NCBI GenBank assembly: GCA_027064045.1
Contig: JAMOQK010000080.1
Location: 4,330-68,329, forward strand
Length of the DNA: 64,000 nucleotides
Reading direction: 5' to 3'
From: Sulfurimonas sp.
GTDB taxonomy: Bacteria > Campylobacterota > Campylobacteria > Campylobacterales > Sulfurimonadaceae
In this document: piece by piece, positions 1-10,869 of the stretch
How positions within the stretch are numbered: the first letter of the stretch is position 1
Layout of the letters: the number at the start of each line of letters is the position of its first letter
The notes under the pieces: model-generated
Database searches by the model: none
What the model saw: the letters and a program-made list of their open reading frames with translations, nothing else
What the model was told of the DNA's origin: nothing
Translations under genes and position numbers: made by a program

Positions 1-498
<498 letters not shown>

Positions 499-934
499 TT
501 ATTTCCTTCGTATAATATATTGACCAATCAAATCGCAACAATTAGAATCTCAACTTTCGCACATATAAAAGCCAAGTTCAACCCCATAAATAGCCACTTT
601 ATAGTACAATTCACTACTGCAAATCAATATACAAGGGCGATTTTATAAATTAGATGAATATTATCATAGATGCAATAAGTAACAGATTAAATTATCAGCA
701 ATTCTAAGTGAAATCAACTATTCATATAAAAACTTATGCTTTGAAAGATAAACAAAAAGTTTTATAGACATCCACAGTGGATAATTAGATACAGACAGAC
801 ACTTATGTCATCTCAATTTCATTTTAGTTATTATATCATTTTAGTCTTATTTATAAAAAATTTAAATTTAGTTCTTGTATTTCTCTACATAACCTAATAT
901 AATCCACCATCATCAAACAATTTATATAGTTGGT

Positions 935-1315
935 TGGTGGAGCTGTGGAGAATCGAACTCCAGTCCAAAAACAAGTTTGCTATGACTTCTACATGTTTAG
1001 AAAAGTTGTTTTAAATCTCATCTTGCTTCACACAACTTGCAAAGCTACACAAGACCAGCCTCTCGCTTTCATCATAAGTGGAGACACACTTATAATATAT
1101 CTAAATAAAGGGTTATACTTCACAATCTTGCTTATTTAGAATCCACAAGTGAAGCAGCCCGTCCTCTTACGAGGGGGTAAAACTTAAGCTACTGCTAAAG
1201 CTGGGCGATAATTTGTATTGTTTGCGTTTACAATAAGTTGAGCCGTATAACGGAGATGCTCAGTCCGACATGCTATCATAGCCTACATTGTTCCTGTCGA
1301 AACCATGTCAGCCCC
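935..1315 (-). ncRNA. ssrA: tmRNA; tag peptide ANNTNYRPALAVA* encoded at 1225..1184
   Basis: Minus strand begins GGGGCTGACATGGTTTCGACAGG and ends GGACTGGAGTTCGATTCTCCACAGCTCCACCA (tRNA-Ala-like domain). The internal frame GCAAACAAT...GCAGTAGCTTAA resembles Campylobacterota tags. Confidence 0.95.
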
Positions 1316-1326
1316 AAGGTTATCAG

Positions 1327-1335
1327 ATTATATCA
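1327..1335 (-). promoter_or_regulatory. extended -10 promoter (TGaTATAAT) for ssrA
   Basis: Plus-strand ATTATATCA reads TGATATAAT on the minus strand, 12 nt upstream of the mature tmRNA 5' end. Confidence 0.6.
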
Positions 1336-1385
1336 AGTTTATAGTTTAAAATTGTTGATTTTGAAGTTTCTTGATATAAAAAAGG

Positions 1386-1461
1386 TGGTGGCCAATCTCG
1401 GAATCGAACCAAGGACACAGTGATTTTCAGTCACTTGCTCTACCGACTGAGCTAATTGGCC
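1386..1461 (-). tRNA. tRNA-Phe(GAA)
   Basis: 76 nt cloverleaf GGCCAATTAGCTCAGTCGGTAGAGCAAGTGACTGAAAATCACTGTGTCCTTGGTTCGATTCCGAGATTGGCCACCA; anticodon GAA; CCA encoded. Confidence 0.96.
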
Positions 1462-1472
1462 ATTTTAAAAGG

Positions 1473-1548
1473 TGGTGGCCTGTCTCGGAATCGAACCAAG
1501 GACACAGTGATTTTCAGTCACTTGCTCTACCGACTGAGCTAACAGGCC
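1473..1548 (-). tRNA. tRNA-Phe(GAA), second copy
   Basis: Same body as the first copy but with acceptor stem GGCCTGT/ACAGGCC; anticodon GAA; CCA encoded. Confidence 0.96.
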
Positions 1549-1589
1549 ATCTTTTAAAGAGCGAAATTATATCTATAAAGCGCTGAATG

Positions 1590-2792
1590 TTAGCTTATGT
1601 TAAAAACAGCCTCTTTAAATTCTTCCCCTCTTTGAGCATAAGAAGTATATTCATCAAGACTTGCAGCCGCTGGAGAGAGTAGGGCTACCTCATTTTGCAA
1701 CAGGTTTTTATCTATCTTGTTTATCGCATCTTTTAGGTTGTCACAACGCTCAAAATCCAGTTTATATTTTGTTGCCAAGTTTGAGAGTTTATCTTTGTTT
1801 GAGCCTATATTGTATAGTTTTACATCTATAGTTGTTAAAAATTCAAACAATTCATCTAACTCCACACCTTTATCATCTCCACCTAAAATCAGATGTATAT
1901 TAGATTTTTGGTATCTTTTTAGGGCAGCTTTACAGGCATCAATATTTGTTGCTTTTGTATCATTTACCCAAAGGCGATCTTTGGAATCTTTTAACTCCTC
2001 TTGTCTGTGAGGTTCAATTATAAACGAGTTTATATTTTTATAGTTAATTCTATCAAAAAGTATTTTATCCACTGCCATAGCTAGAAGGGCATCCATCAAA
2101 AATGCACCTTTAAATTTAATCTTTTTTATATCTATATCAAATCTAGTGGATATATCTTGCTCGTTTTTGTAGGTGATGAGATATGCTTTTGTATTTATAT
2201 CTTTATATTTATCAGGAATGATGGCAACTTCACCCTCTTTCATCATCTTGATGGGTTTTAGTTTTGCATCTATATATGCCTTTTTATCTCCATGCCAACT
2301 GATGTGGTCTGGTGTTATTGGTAAAAGTACATATATATTTGGAAATGCTTTATTTGTGTAGTGCATGGTAAAAGAACTTGTTTCAAGTATCCAGATATTG
2401 GCATGTGGGTTTAGTTTAGCTAAAGGTGTTCCTATGTTTCCACCCGCTTGTGAACCTTTATCTTGAAGTAGATGTTGCATCATCTGAGTTGTTGTTGTTT
2501 TGCCATTTGTTCCACTTATCCAGATTTTTAGTGGTTTTTCATCTGAGAAATAATCATATTCACTGATGAGGTGCTTAGCATTTTTTATAAGAGGATTTGA
2601 TGGTGCTATGCCTGGGCTTGGTATCTCAAGATCTGAGTATTTTGGGTCAAATTCACTAGATGGTTTAATTCTAAAATTATTCTCATCTTTAAAGGGTTTT
2701 AGGCATTTATCATCATAAAATATGGCATGTGGAATTTTTGTTGCTAAAGCCTTAGTGGTAAGACCGTAACCAAAAAGGGAAACTCTTTTCAT
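1590..2792 (-). CDS. murD: UDP-N-acetylmuramoyl-L-alanine--D-glutamate ligase
   Basis: SPGI, SGTNGKTTTT, GGNIG, LETSSF, NDTKATN and LSPAAAS motifs; adjacent to mraY. Confidence 0.95.
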   Translation of the reverse strand: MKRVSLFGYGLTTKALATKIPHAIFYDDKCLKPFKDENNFRIKPSSEFDPKYSDLEIPSPGIAPSNPLIKNAKHLISEYDYFSDEKPLKIWISGTNGKTTTTQMMQHLLQDKGSQAGGNIGTPLAKLNPHANIWILETSSFTMHYTNKAFPNIYVLLPITPDHISWHGDKKAYIDAKLKPIKMMKEGEVAIIPDKYKDINTKAYLITYKNEQDISTRFDIDIKKIKFKGAFLMDALLAMAVDKILFDRINYKNINSFIIEPHRQEELKDSKDRLWVNDTKATNIDACKAALKRYQKSNIHLILGGDDKGVELDELFEFLTTIDVKLYNIGSNKDKLSNLATKYKLDFERCDNLKDAINKIDKNLLQNEVALLSPAAASLDEYTSYAQRGEEFKEAVFNIS

Positions 2793-3853
2793 TATCTAAT
2801 CTTTAAACTTATGAGAGCTACGATATTTGAGAGTATAGCGATTATCCAAAACCTAACGATAATTTTACTTTCATTCCAATTTTTCATCTCAAAATGGTGA
2901 TGTATGGGTGCCATTAGAAAAACCCTTTTTTTGCGAAGTTTATAACTTCCAACTTGTAAGATAACAGAAACAGTTTCTATAACAAAGATAGAACCTATAA
3001 GAAGTAGTAAAACTTCACTTTTGGATATGATAGCCAGATAGCCTAAAAATGCACCAATGGTTAAAGAACCACTGTCCCCCATAAAAACTTCAGCAGGATG
3101 GCAGTTGTACCATAAAAATCCACTTAATGCGCCTATTAATGCACTAGCGACTATTGCAACTTCTCCAACTGCAATATTTGGCATAAGCAGATATGCACTT
3201 AGTGTTGCATGTCCTGTGATATATGTGATGACACTAAAAGATGCAAGTGCTGTGATGGATGGAACAGTTGCTAGACCATCAAGTCCATCTGTAAGATTTA
3301 CAGCATTTGATGTTGAGATGATAACCAAACTCCAAAATATAGTTGCAAAGATATTCATGTTTATCACTGGGTTTTTGAAAAATGGAACATATAAATCAGT
3401 GTTAAAATCAGCGATACTATATAGAAAAAAAGTGATTATAAAAGATGAGATGATCTGTAATGCAAGTTTGGCTCGTGCTTTTAACCCTGCTAAATTTTCA
3501 TGTTTTTTAATCTTTGCATAATCATCTTGAAAACCAATCAAAGCAAATAATATTAGTGTGATAATGGCACCTATAACATAGATGTTTGATAATTTTACAC
3601 TCAGTAGTGAAGCAACAATAGTTGCACCAATAAATACAATTCCACCCATAGTTGGAGTAGAGGCTTTCTCTTGGTGTCTTTGGGGTGCTAGTGTGTTAAT
3701 GGGTTGTGTACTAGATGTTCTTTGCGCCCATCTTATAAACTTTGGCATAAGAAAAAGTGTGAAAATAAGTGCTAGAAAAAATGAGATTCCAGCTCTTATA
3801 GTAATGTAGCCAAATAGATTGATATTAAATGTTTCATATAGCCAATAAAGCAA
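2792..3853 (-). CDS. mraY: phospho-N-acetylmuramoyl-pentapeptide transferase
   Basis: TPTMGG, NAVNLTDGLDGL, FMGDSGS and MAPIHHHFE motifs; multiple transmembrane segments. Confidence 0.97.
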   Translation of the reverse strand: MLYWLYETFNINLFGYITIRAGISFFLALIFTLFLMPKFIRWAQRTSSTQPINTLAPQRHQEKASTPTMGGIVFIGATIVASLLSVKLSNIYVIGAIITLILFALIGFQDDYAKIKKHENLAGLKARAKLALQIISSFIITFFLYSIADFNTDLYVPFFKNPVINMNIFATIFWSLVIISTSNAVNLTDGLDGLATVPSITALASFSVITYITGHATLSAYLLMPNIAVGEVAIVASALIGALSGFLWYNCHPAEVFMGDSGSLTIGAFLGYLAIISKSEVLLLLIGSIFVIETVSVILQVGSYKLRKKRVFLMAPIHHHFEMKNWNESKIIVRFWIIAILSNIVALISLKIR

Positions 3854-3885
3854 AATTTTCCTTGCATCAATAAATTAAAAGTGAC

Positions 3886-3898
3886 ATTATAGTATAAT
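3886..3898. promoter_or_regulatory. back-to-back divergent -10 boxes for mraY (minus) and gpmI (plus)
   Basis: ATTATA-G-TATAAT gives TATAAT on the minus strand at 3886-3891 and on the plus strand at 3893-3898, in the 76 bp gap between the divergent genes. Confidence 0.5.
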
Positions 3899-3929
3899 CA
3901 CCTAAATTTTTCGTTTAAAGGAAATTGTA

Positions 3930-5405
3930 TTGGGCAAAAAAACAATTTTGGTTATAACTGATGGTATTGGTTATAGCAATAAAACTGAGTTTAACGCATT
4001 TTACAATGCTAAAAAACCAACTTATGATAAGCTTTTTAAAACAGTACCATATGCTTTAATAGATACTTTTGGACTTAGTGTTGGACTTCCAGAGGGACAG
4101 ATGGGTAACTCTGAAGTTGGACATATGAGTATAGGTAGTGGTCGTGTTTTGTATCAAGATTTGGTGAAAATATCTTTAGCTCTTTCTGATGGCTCAATGA
4201 AAAACAACAAAGAGTTGCAAAATCTTTTTAAAACTTCTGATAGACTTCATCTTATAGGTCTTTTGAGTGATGGTGGTGTTCATTCGCATATAGATCATTT
4301 TATGGGTATAGCAGATATAGCAGCAAAAGAGGGTAAAAAAGTTTTTTTACATCTTATAACTGATGGTAGAGATGTTTCTCCAACCTCTGCACAAAAATAT
4401 ATACAACAAGTTCAAAAACATTTAAATGAAAATGTAACTATTGCAACTATATCTGGTCGTTTTTATTCTATGGATAGAGATAACCGTTGGCAAAGGGTGA
4501 AAAAGGGATATGATGCGATAGTGAATGCAACTCCAAAAACTGACTTGACACCAGATGCTTATGTAACATACTCTTACTCTTTGGATGAAACTGATGAATT
4601 TATTGAGCCAGTTGCATTTGATGGTTATGATGGTATGTTGGATGGTGAGAGTGTGCTTACTATAAACTTCAGAAGCGATAGAATGAGAGAGATGGTAACT
4701 GCTTTGGGGGATGAAAATTTTAATGAGTTTGAAAGAAAACCTATAAAAGTTAATCTTGCTACCATTACAGAATATGACAAAAGTTTTCCCTATCCTGTAC
4801 TTTTTACAAAACAAACACCTAAAAATACTTTAGCAGAGGTTATATCTGCTAATGGATTAAGACAATTTCATACTGCTGAGACTGAGAAGTATGCCCATGT
4901 GACATTTTTCTTTAATGGTGGCATAGATGAGCCTTATGCAAATGAAACAAGAGTTTTAGTTCCGTCTCCAAATGTAAAAACTTATGATATGAAGCCAGAG
5001 ATGAGCAGTGTTGAGGTTGGTAATGGAGTTTTAAAAGCTATGGATGATGGCTATGACTTTATAGTTGTAAATTTTGCAAATGGAGATATGGTTGGTCATA
5101 CTGGTAATTTTGAAGCAGCTAAAAAAGCTGTTGAAGCGGTAGATTTACAACTTGGTAGGATTGTTCAAAAGGCAAAAGAGGATGATTATGCACTTGTTAT
5201 TACATCTGATCATGGAAATTGTGAAGAGATGAGAGATAAAGATGGACATATCTTAACAAATCATACAGTTGGTAAGGTTTGGTGTTTTGTTCAAGCAGAT
5301 GGTGTAGATAAAGTTAAAAGTGGTGGTTTAAATAATATCGCACCAACAGTTTTGCAACTTATGGGTTTAGAAATTCCAAAAGAGATGGATAGTAGTTTAA
5401 TCTAA
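3930..5405 (+). CDS. gpmI: 2,3-bisphosphoglycerate-independent phosphoglycerate mutase
   Basis: [40 protein letters not shown] and SDHGN motifs. Confidence 0.97.
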   Translation: MGKKTILVITDGIGYSNKTEFNAFYNAKKPTYDKLFKTVPYALIDTFGLSVGLPEGQMGNSEVGHMSIGSGRVLYQDLVKISLALSDGSMKNNKELQNLFKTSDRLHLIGLLSDGGVHSHIDHFMGIADIAAKEGKKVFLHLITDGRDVSPTSAQKYIQQVQKHLNENVTIATISGRFYSMDRDNRWQRVKKGYDAIVNATPKTDLTPDAYVTYSYSLDETDEFIEPVAFDGYDGMLDGESVLTINFRSDRMREMVTALGDENFNEFERKPIKVNLATITEYDKSFPYPVLFTKQTPKNTLAEVISANGLRQFHTAETEKYAHVTFFFNGGIDEPYANETRVLVPSPNVKTYDMKPEMSSVEVGNGVLKAMDDGYDFIVVNFANGDMVGHTGNFEAAKKAVEAVDLQLGRIVQKAKEDDYALVITSDHGNCEEMRDKDGHILTNHTVGKVWCFVQADGVDKVKSGGLNNIAPTVLQLMGLEIPKEMDSSLI

Positions 5406-5426
5406 AAAAATGAAGGGATAAAATTT

Positions 5427-6173
5427 ATGAAATTTAGTGGAAAAAATGTTTTAGTTACAGGTTCTAGTCGTGGTATCGGTGCAGAGATTGCAAAAACTTT
5501 AGCTGGTTTTGGATTGAAAGTTTGGATAAATTATAGAAGTGGAGCCACTGAAGCTGATGCTGTGAAAGAGGCTATTGAAGCTGATGGTGGAAGTGCGGCT
5601 GTGATAGGGTTTGATGTGAGTGATGAGAGTGCATTTATTGATGCTATAAAAACTATAATAGATAGTGATGGCGAACTTTCTTACCTTGTAAATAATGCAG
5701 GAATAACAAACGATAAATTGGCTCTTCGTATGAAAACTGATGATTTTATGAAAGTTATAAATGCAAACCTTACTTCATGTTTTATAGGGTGTCGTGAGTC
5801 TATGAAAGTTATGAGAAAGAAAAAATTTGGTGCAGTTGTAAATATCGCTTCTATCGTAGGTGAAACTGGTAATGTTGGGCAGGTAAATTATGTGGCAAGT
5901 AAAGGTGGAGTTATTGCAATGACTAAAAGTTTTGCACTTGAAGCTGCAACAAGTGGCATAAGATTTAACTCTGTGACACCAGGTTTTATTTCAACTGAGA
6001 TGACAGATGCACTGAGCGATGAAATTAAAGATAGTTTTACATCAAAAATACCTATGAAAAGGTTTGGTAAAGTAGAAGAAATAGCACAAGCAGTGGCATT
6101 TTTGTTAAGTGATTATTCAAGTTATATCACTGGTGAAACTTTAAAAGTAAATGGTGGGATGAATATGGCATAA
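5427..6173 (+). CDS. fabG: 3-oxoacyl-ACP reductase
   Basis: TGSSRGIG, NNAGIT and YVASK SDR motifs; followed by acpP-fabF. Confidence 0.96.
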   Translation: MKFSGKNVLVTGSSRGIGAEIAKTLAGFGLKVWINYRSGATEADAVKEAIEADGGSAAVIGFDVSDESAFIDAIKTIIDSDGELSYLVNNAGITNDKLALRMKTDDFMKVINANLTSCFIGCRESMKVMRKKKFGAVVNIASIVGETGNVGQVNYVASKGGVIAMTKSFALEAATSGIRFNSVTPGFISTEMTDALSDEIKDSFTSKIPMKRFGKVEEIAQAVAFLLSDYSSYITGETLKVNGGMNMA

Positions 6174-6201
6174 CAAAAAAGGCTTTTTTTTAAGCTAATT
6201 T

Positions 6202-6210
6202 TGTTATAAT
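6202..6210 (+). promoter_or_regulatory. extended -10 promoter (TGtTATAAT) for acpP
   Basis: TGTTATAAT lies 31 nt upstream of the acpP start, with an AGGAG ribosome-binding site in between. Confidence 0.6.
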
Positions 6211-6241
6211 TGTGCGATTAAATTAAAATACAGGAGCTATA

Positions 6242-6469
6242 ATGGCACTTTTAGACGATATTAAAGAAGTAGTAGTTGAGCAATTAAGCGTAAACGCAGA
6301 TGAAGTAAAAGAAGATGCGAAGTTTGTTGAAGATTTAGGTGCAGATAGCCTAGATGTAGTTGAATTGGTAATGGCTCTTGAAGAGAAATTTGATATTGAA
6401 ATTCCTGATGATGAAGCAGAGAAAATTCAAACAGTTGCTGATGTAGTTGCTTATATAGAAGGCAAATAA
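6242..6469 (+). CDS. acpP: acyl carrier protein
   Basis: [18 protein letters not shown] phosphopantetheine site. Confidence 0.98.
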   Translation: MALLDDIKEVVVEQLSVNADEVKEDAKFVEDLGADSLDVVELVMALEEKFDIEIPDDEAEKIQTVADVVAYIEGK

Positions 6470-6475
6470 TTTAGT

Positions 6476-6504
6476 TTTTACCGAAGGTATCGCCTTTGGT
6501 AAAA
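6476..6504 (+). terminator. hairpin after acpP (terminator or RNA-stabilising stem)
   Basis: TTTTACCGAAGG-TATCG-CCTTTGGTAAAA followed by TATTTTT. Confidence 0.6.
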
Positions 6505-6572
6505 TATTTTTAGTAGTTAATGGTAGTAGTTGATTTTTAAAAGTATTTTATAATTTTGATGGAGCAGGTTAA

Positions 6573-7790
6573 ATGAGAAGAGTAGTAGTTACTGGTATAG
6601 GTATGATAAATTCAGTTGGAAATGATAAAGAGAGTTCTTTTAAAGCTATATGCGACGGTGAATGTGGGATTGATACTATTAGTCTTTTTGATCCTTCAGA
6701 CTATAGCGTGAAAATTGCTGGTCAAGTAAAAGATTTTGACCCAGCTACTGTTATGGCACCAAAAGAGGTTAAAAAAGCTGATAGATTTATCCACCTTGGT
6801 CTTAAAGCTGCTCAAGAAGCAATGGCTGATGCTAATCTACCAGAAGATATAGATATGGATAGATTTGGTACTAGTGCTGGTAGTGGTATTGGTGGGCTTC
6901 CAGCTATTGAAAAAACTTCTATTATCATAAATACTCGTGGACCTCGTAGAATTTCTCCATTTTTTATCCCATCTGCTCTTGTAAATATGCTTGGTGGTTT
7001 TGTATCTATTGCTCATGGAACAAAAGGACCAAATCTTTCGAGTGTAACTGCTTGTGCCGCTGGTACTCATGCTGTAAGTGAAGCTTGTAAAACTATTATG
7101 TGTAATGGTGCAGAAAGAATGTTGGTTGTAAGTGCAGAGTCTGCTATAACTGGTGCTGGTGTTGGTGGTTTTGCTGCGATGAAAGCATTGTCAACTAGAA
7201 ATGATGACCCAAAAACATCTTCAAGACCATTTGATAAAGACAGAGACGGTTTTGTGATAGGTGAGGGTGGTGCAGCTTTAGTTTTAGAAGAATATGAAGT
7301 AGCCGTTTCTCGTGGTGCAAGAATTTATGCTGAGATTATTGGTTTTGGTGAAAGTGGTGATGCAAATCATATAACTACACCTAGTCTTGATGGGCCACAA
7401 AGAGCTATGAAAGCAGCTTATAAAATGGCAGGTGAACCTAAACTAGACTATATAAATGCACATGGTACAAGTACACCTGTTAATGATAAAAATGAGACTT
7501 TAGCGATTAAAGAACTTCTAGGTGGTAAAGAAAATTGTCCACCAGTTAGCTCTATTAAAGGTCAGATTGGTCACTGTCTTGGTGCTGCTGGTGGTATGGA
7601 AGCTGTAACTTGTCTTATGGCTATGAGAGATGGTATTATTCCACCAACTATAAATCATATAACTCCAGATGAAAATTGTGATCTTGATTATGTTCCAAAT
7701 AAAGCAAGAAAAGCTGAACTTGATATAGTTATGAGTAACTCATTTGGCTTTGGTGGAACTAATGGTGTTCTTATTTTTAAAAAAATCTAG
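6573..7790 (+). CDS. fabF: beta-ketoacyl-ACP synthase II
   Basis: VTACAAG, INAHGTST, GHCLGAAG and SNSFGFGG motifs. Confidence 0.96.
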   Translation: MRRVVVTGIGMINSVGNDKESSFKAICDGECGIDTISLFDPSDYSVKIAGQVKDFDPATVMAPKEVKKADRFIHLGLKAAQEAMADANLPEDIDMDRFGTSAGSGIGGLPAIEKTSIIINTRGPRRISPFFIPSALVNMLGGFVSIAHGTKGPNLSSVTACAAGTHAVSEACKTIMCNGAERMLVVSAESAITGAGVGGFAAMKALSTRNDDPKTSSRPFDKDRDGFVIGEGGAALVLEEYEVAVSRGARIYAEIIGFGESGDANHITTPSLDGPQRAMKAAYKMAGEPKLDYINAHGTSTPVNDKNETLAIKELLGGKENCPPVSSIKGQIGHCLGAAGGMEAVTCLMAMRDGIIPPTINHITPDENCDLDYVPNKARKAELDIVMSNSFGFGGTNGVLIFKKI

Positions 7791-7804
7791 TTTAAGGATT
7801 TGAA

Positions 7805-8740
7805 TTGGCTACATATTTAAAATTTGAACAAAAAATTAAAACTCTTCAAGAGGATATTATATCTGCACAGGTTCGCCATGATGAGAGTGAGCTTGAAAAG
7901 TTAAAGAAAACTTTAGATAAAGAAGTCGGAAAGATTTATAAAAATCTTTCTGATTTTCAAAAACTTCAACTTGCCCGTCATATAGATAGACCTTATGCAC
8001 TTGATTATATAAACCTTATTATGAGAGATAAGTATGAGATTCATGGAGATAGACATTTTCGTGATGATGCTGCCATCCTTTGTTATATGGGTTATATTGG
8101 TGATGAAAAAGTGATGGTGATTGGTGAGCAAAAAGGTCGTGGTACAAAAAATAAGATAAGAAGAAACTTTGGTATGCCACATCCTGAAGGTTACAGAAAA
8201 GCTCTTCGTGCTGCGAAAATGGCTGAAAAATTTGGTATCCCTGTGCTTATGTTAGTAGATACTCCGGGTGCATATCCAGGACTTGGAGCTGAAGAGAGAA
8301 ATCAAAGTGAAGCGATAGCCAGAAACCTTTTAGAATTAGCTGACCTTGACACTCCAACCATCTCTATTGTTATTGGAGAAGGTGGAAGTGGTGGTGCTTT
8401 AGCTATTGGTGTGGCTGATAAATTTGCTATGATGAGATATTCTGTATTTAGTGTAATTTCGCCAGAGGGTTGTTCAGCTATTTTATGGAGTGATCCTGCA
8501 AAAGCAGAAGTTGCAACAAATGCCATGAAAATTACTAGTGGCGATTTAAAAGAGTTGGGGCTTATTGATGATATTATTGACGAACCACTTATTGGCGCTC
8601 ACAGAGATAAAGATGGCGCAGCAACTGCCATAGCTGATTATTTTTTAAAAGAGTTAGCGCTACTCAAAGCAATGAGTAGCGAAGAGAGGATGTCAGCTAG
8701 ATATAACAAACTGGTTGCACCTGGTGCATTTTCAGAATAG
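7805..8740 (+). CDS. accA: acetyl-CoA carboxylase carboxyltransferase alpha subunit
   Basis: [32 protein letters not shown] and SVISPEGC motifs. Confidence 0.97.
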   Translation: MATYLKFEQKIKTLQEDIISAQVRHDESELEKLKKTLDKEVGKIYKNLSDFQKLQLARHIDRPYALDYINLIMRDKYEIHGDRHFRDDAAILCYMGYIGDEKVMVIGEQKGRGTKNKIRRNFGMPHPEGYRKALRAAKMAEKFGIPVLMLVDTPGAYPGLGAEERNQSEAIARNLLELADLDTPTISIVIGEGGSGGALAIGVADKFAMMRYSVFSVISPEGCSAILWSDPAKAEVATNAMKITSGDLKELGLIDDIIDEPLIGAHRDKDGAATAIADYFLKELALLKAMSSEERMSARYNKLVAPGAFSE

Positions 8741-8775
8741 TTGAGTTTTTAGGAGCTACGGTTTTATCTGTGCTT

Positions 8776-9585
8776 CTAATCTTTGATTGTTTCTCTATCT
8801 AATTCTAAAAATGGGTCAATTTTAGGTCTTTTCAATTTTTTTGCTTCTTTTGAGAACTTTATTAAGTCTTCTACATTGTTTATATTTTCTTTTATATTTT
8901 CAAATGACATTTTAAAAAGTGCATATGTTGTTAGTACATCACTCATAGCACGATGATGTGTGGCATGTGGGTTTAGATTAAATGTTTTATCTAGGTATGA
9001 TAGAGCATATCTGTAAGAGACTACACTTCTCTCAGCTAAAGCAAGGGAGCAAAGGGAACGATTTAGCAGTGGTTCAAGACCTATTTTCATTAAGGATTCA
9101 GAGATAAATTTATAGTCAAATTTAACATCGTGTGCTATAAAAATTGCATCACCTAGAAAAAGTTTAAAACTATAAAGTACATCTTTTAGTTTTGGAGCAT
9201 CTTTTGTATCTTCAACGCTTATACCTGTTATGGCTACAATATGCTCATTTATCTCTTTGCATTTTATTAAAGATTCAAACCTATCTATGATTTTACCATC
9301 TTTAATTTTTAATCCTGCTATCTCTATGATTTGATGTCTATCTATGTGTGACCCATTTGTTTCAATATCAACTATGCAAAATTCAGCTTTGTTTATAGGT
9401 GTGAATTTTGTTGAAAAATAGTAAAAACCTTTGTTCTTTATAATGTCTAAACCTTGAGACCTCCAAAGTTCAAGAGAGTAGTCAATGCTATCTTCTATTT
9501 GAGATTTTAAATTTTCTTGAGGTAAGCCTCTTGTGGATAGTTTTGAGATACTTTTTGCATCAAGTGGGAAAAAATTAGCTAACAT
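8776..9585 (-). CDS. DEDDh 3'-5' exonuclease (DnaQ-like)
   Basis: VDIETNG, AHDVKFDY and HHRAMSDV Exo I/II/III motifs. Confidence 0.88.
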   Translation of the reverse strand: MLANFFPLDAKSISKLSTRGLPQENLKSQIEDSIDYSLELWRSQGLDIIKNKGFYYFSTKFTPINKAEFCIVDIETNGSHIDRHQIIEIAGLKIKDGKIIDRFESLIKCKEINEHIVAITGISVEDTKDAPKLKDVLYSFKLFLGDAIFIAHDVKFDYKFISESLMKIGLEPLLNRSLCSLALAERSVVSYRYALSYLDKTFNLNPHATHHRAMSDVLTTYALFKMSFENIKENINNVEDLIKFSKEAKKLKRPKIDPFLELDRETIKD

Positions 9586-10169
9586 TATTTCGCATTTTCG
9601 ATAAAATCTTGTACTTTTTTGATGTCTTTTTTGCCATGGCTTATCTCAACACCACTACTAACATCAACACCATAAAAATCATAGTTTTTAAGTGGTGTGA
9701 TATTTTGTGGAGTTAGTCCACCTGCTAGTATTATTTTTGAGCAATCTATATCTTCAAACCACTCTATGTTAAGTCTTTTCCCAGCACCACCATATGCTTC
9801 GCAATAGGCATCTATAAGTCTATATTCGTCACTATATTTTAGTATATCTTCTTTGTGTTTTGCTCGTATAACTTTTATGTGTGCAACGGTAAGATTTTCA
9901 TAAACTTCTCTATCTGCTTCAAAATGCAGTTGAGCTAAAGTAGCTCCTACTTCTTGGCATGTGGAGTTTATGGTTTGTGCGTCTTCATTGACAAAAAGGG
10001 CTACTTTTTCAACAAAAGGGGGAAGTTTTTGTATGATACTTTTGGCATGTGGGATTGTTACAAATCTAGGAGATTTTTCATAAAATACAAATCCCAAAGC
10101 ATCTGCCCCAGCTTCTATGGCTATCATTGCATCTTCGTATGAGGTTATTCCACAGATTTTGACTTTCAT
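9585..10169 (-). CDS. trpF: phosphoribosylanthranilate isomerase
   Basis: KVKICGIT, ILAGGL and VDVSSGVE motifs. Confidence 0.95.
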   Translation of the reverse strand: MKVKICGITSYEDAMIAIEAGADALGFVFYEKSPRFVTIPHAKSIIQKLPPFVEKVALFVNEDAQTINSTCQEVGATLAQLHFEADREVYENLTVAHIKVIRAKHKEDILKYSDEYRLIDAYCEAYGGAGKRLNIEWFEDIDCSKIILAGGLTPQNITPLKNYDFYGVDVSSGVEISHGKKDIKKVQDFIENAK

Positions 10170-10810
10170 TATATTTGCAGACTTTCTATCGCCTCTTTTT
10201 TACTTCTATGGTTAAAAACATAACTTCCAGCAACTACAACATCAACACCAACTTCTTTTAGTTGTTGGATGTTTTTGTCACTTACTCCTCCGTCAACTTC
10301 TATAAGACAATCTGGATTGATTTTATTTCTCATATCATGAAGTTTTTTTGCCTTTGGAATAACACTCTTTATAAAGCTTTGTCCACCAAAACCAGGATTT
10401 ACACTCATGAGTAAAACCATGTCTAAATCTTCTAAAAGATATTCAACCATCTCTGGAAGTGTATGTGGATTTAGCACAACACCAGCTTTAATCCCATAAG
10501 ATTTTATCTTTTGTATAAGCCTATGAGGATGTTTCTCTTCCTCTATATGGAAGGTGATATATTTAGGTTTTAGTGGTGCAAAAAGTTCAACAAAAAAAGT
10601 GTTGTTCTGCACCATCAAGTGAACATCTAATGGTTTTGTAGCACATTTTGCAATGGCAGAGACTACAACAGGACCTATTGTTAGATTTGGAACAAAATGT
10701 CCATCCATAACATCAACATGGACTAAATCACATCCAGCCTCACAAATGGCCTCAACATCTCGTTGTAGATTACCAAAATCAGCAGATAGTACACTAGGGG
10801 CAACTTGCAT
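10169..10810 (-). CDS. rpe: ribulose-phosphate 3-epimerase
   Basis: HVDVMDGHFVPNLTIG, MSVNPGFGGQ and EVDGG motifs. Confidence 0.97.
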   Translation of the reverse strand: MQVAPSVLSADFGNLQRDVEAICEAGCDLVHVDVMDGHFVPNLTIGPVVVSAIAKCATKPLDVHLMVQNNTFFVELFAPLKPKYITFHIEEEKHPHRLIQKIKSYGIKAGVVLNPHTLPEMVEYLLEDLDMVLLMSVNPGFGGQSFIKSVIPKAKKLHDMRNKINPDCLIEVDGGVSDKNIQQLKEVGVDVVVAGSYVFNHRSKKEAIESLQI

Positions 10811-10869
10811 TATTTTCCTTTATATATGAGTGGTTAATTTTTTTTGTATTATACTGTTTTGTTAACTTT

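Noticed and set aside
903-942. TCCACCA at 903-909 as an att-site duplicate of the tmRNA 3' end
   Set aside because: It is inverted relative to the tmRNA end and only 7 bp; att duplicates are direct repeats.
930-1423. ORFs 930..1139 and 1238..1423 on the plus strand
   Set aside because: They are antisense to tmRNA and tRNA-Phe and have no protein-like features.
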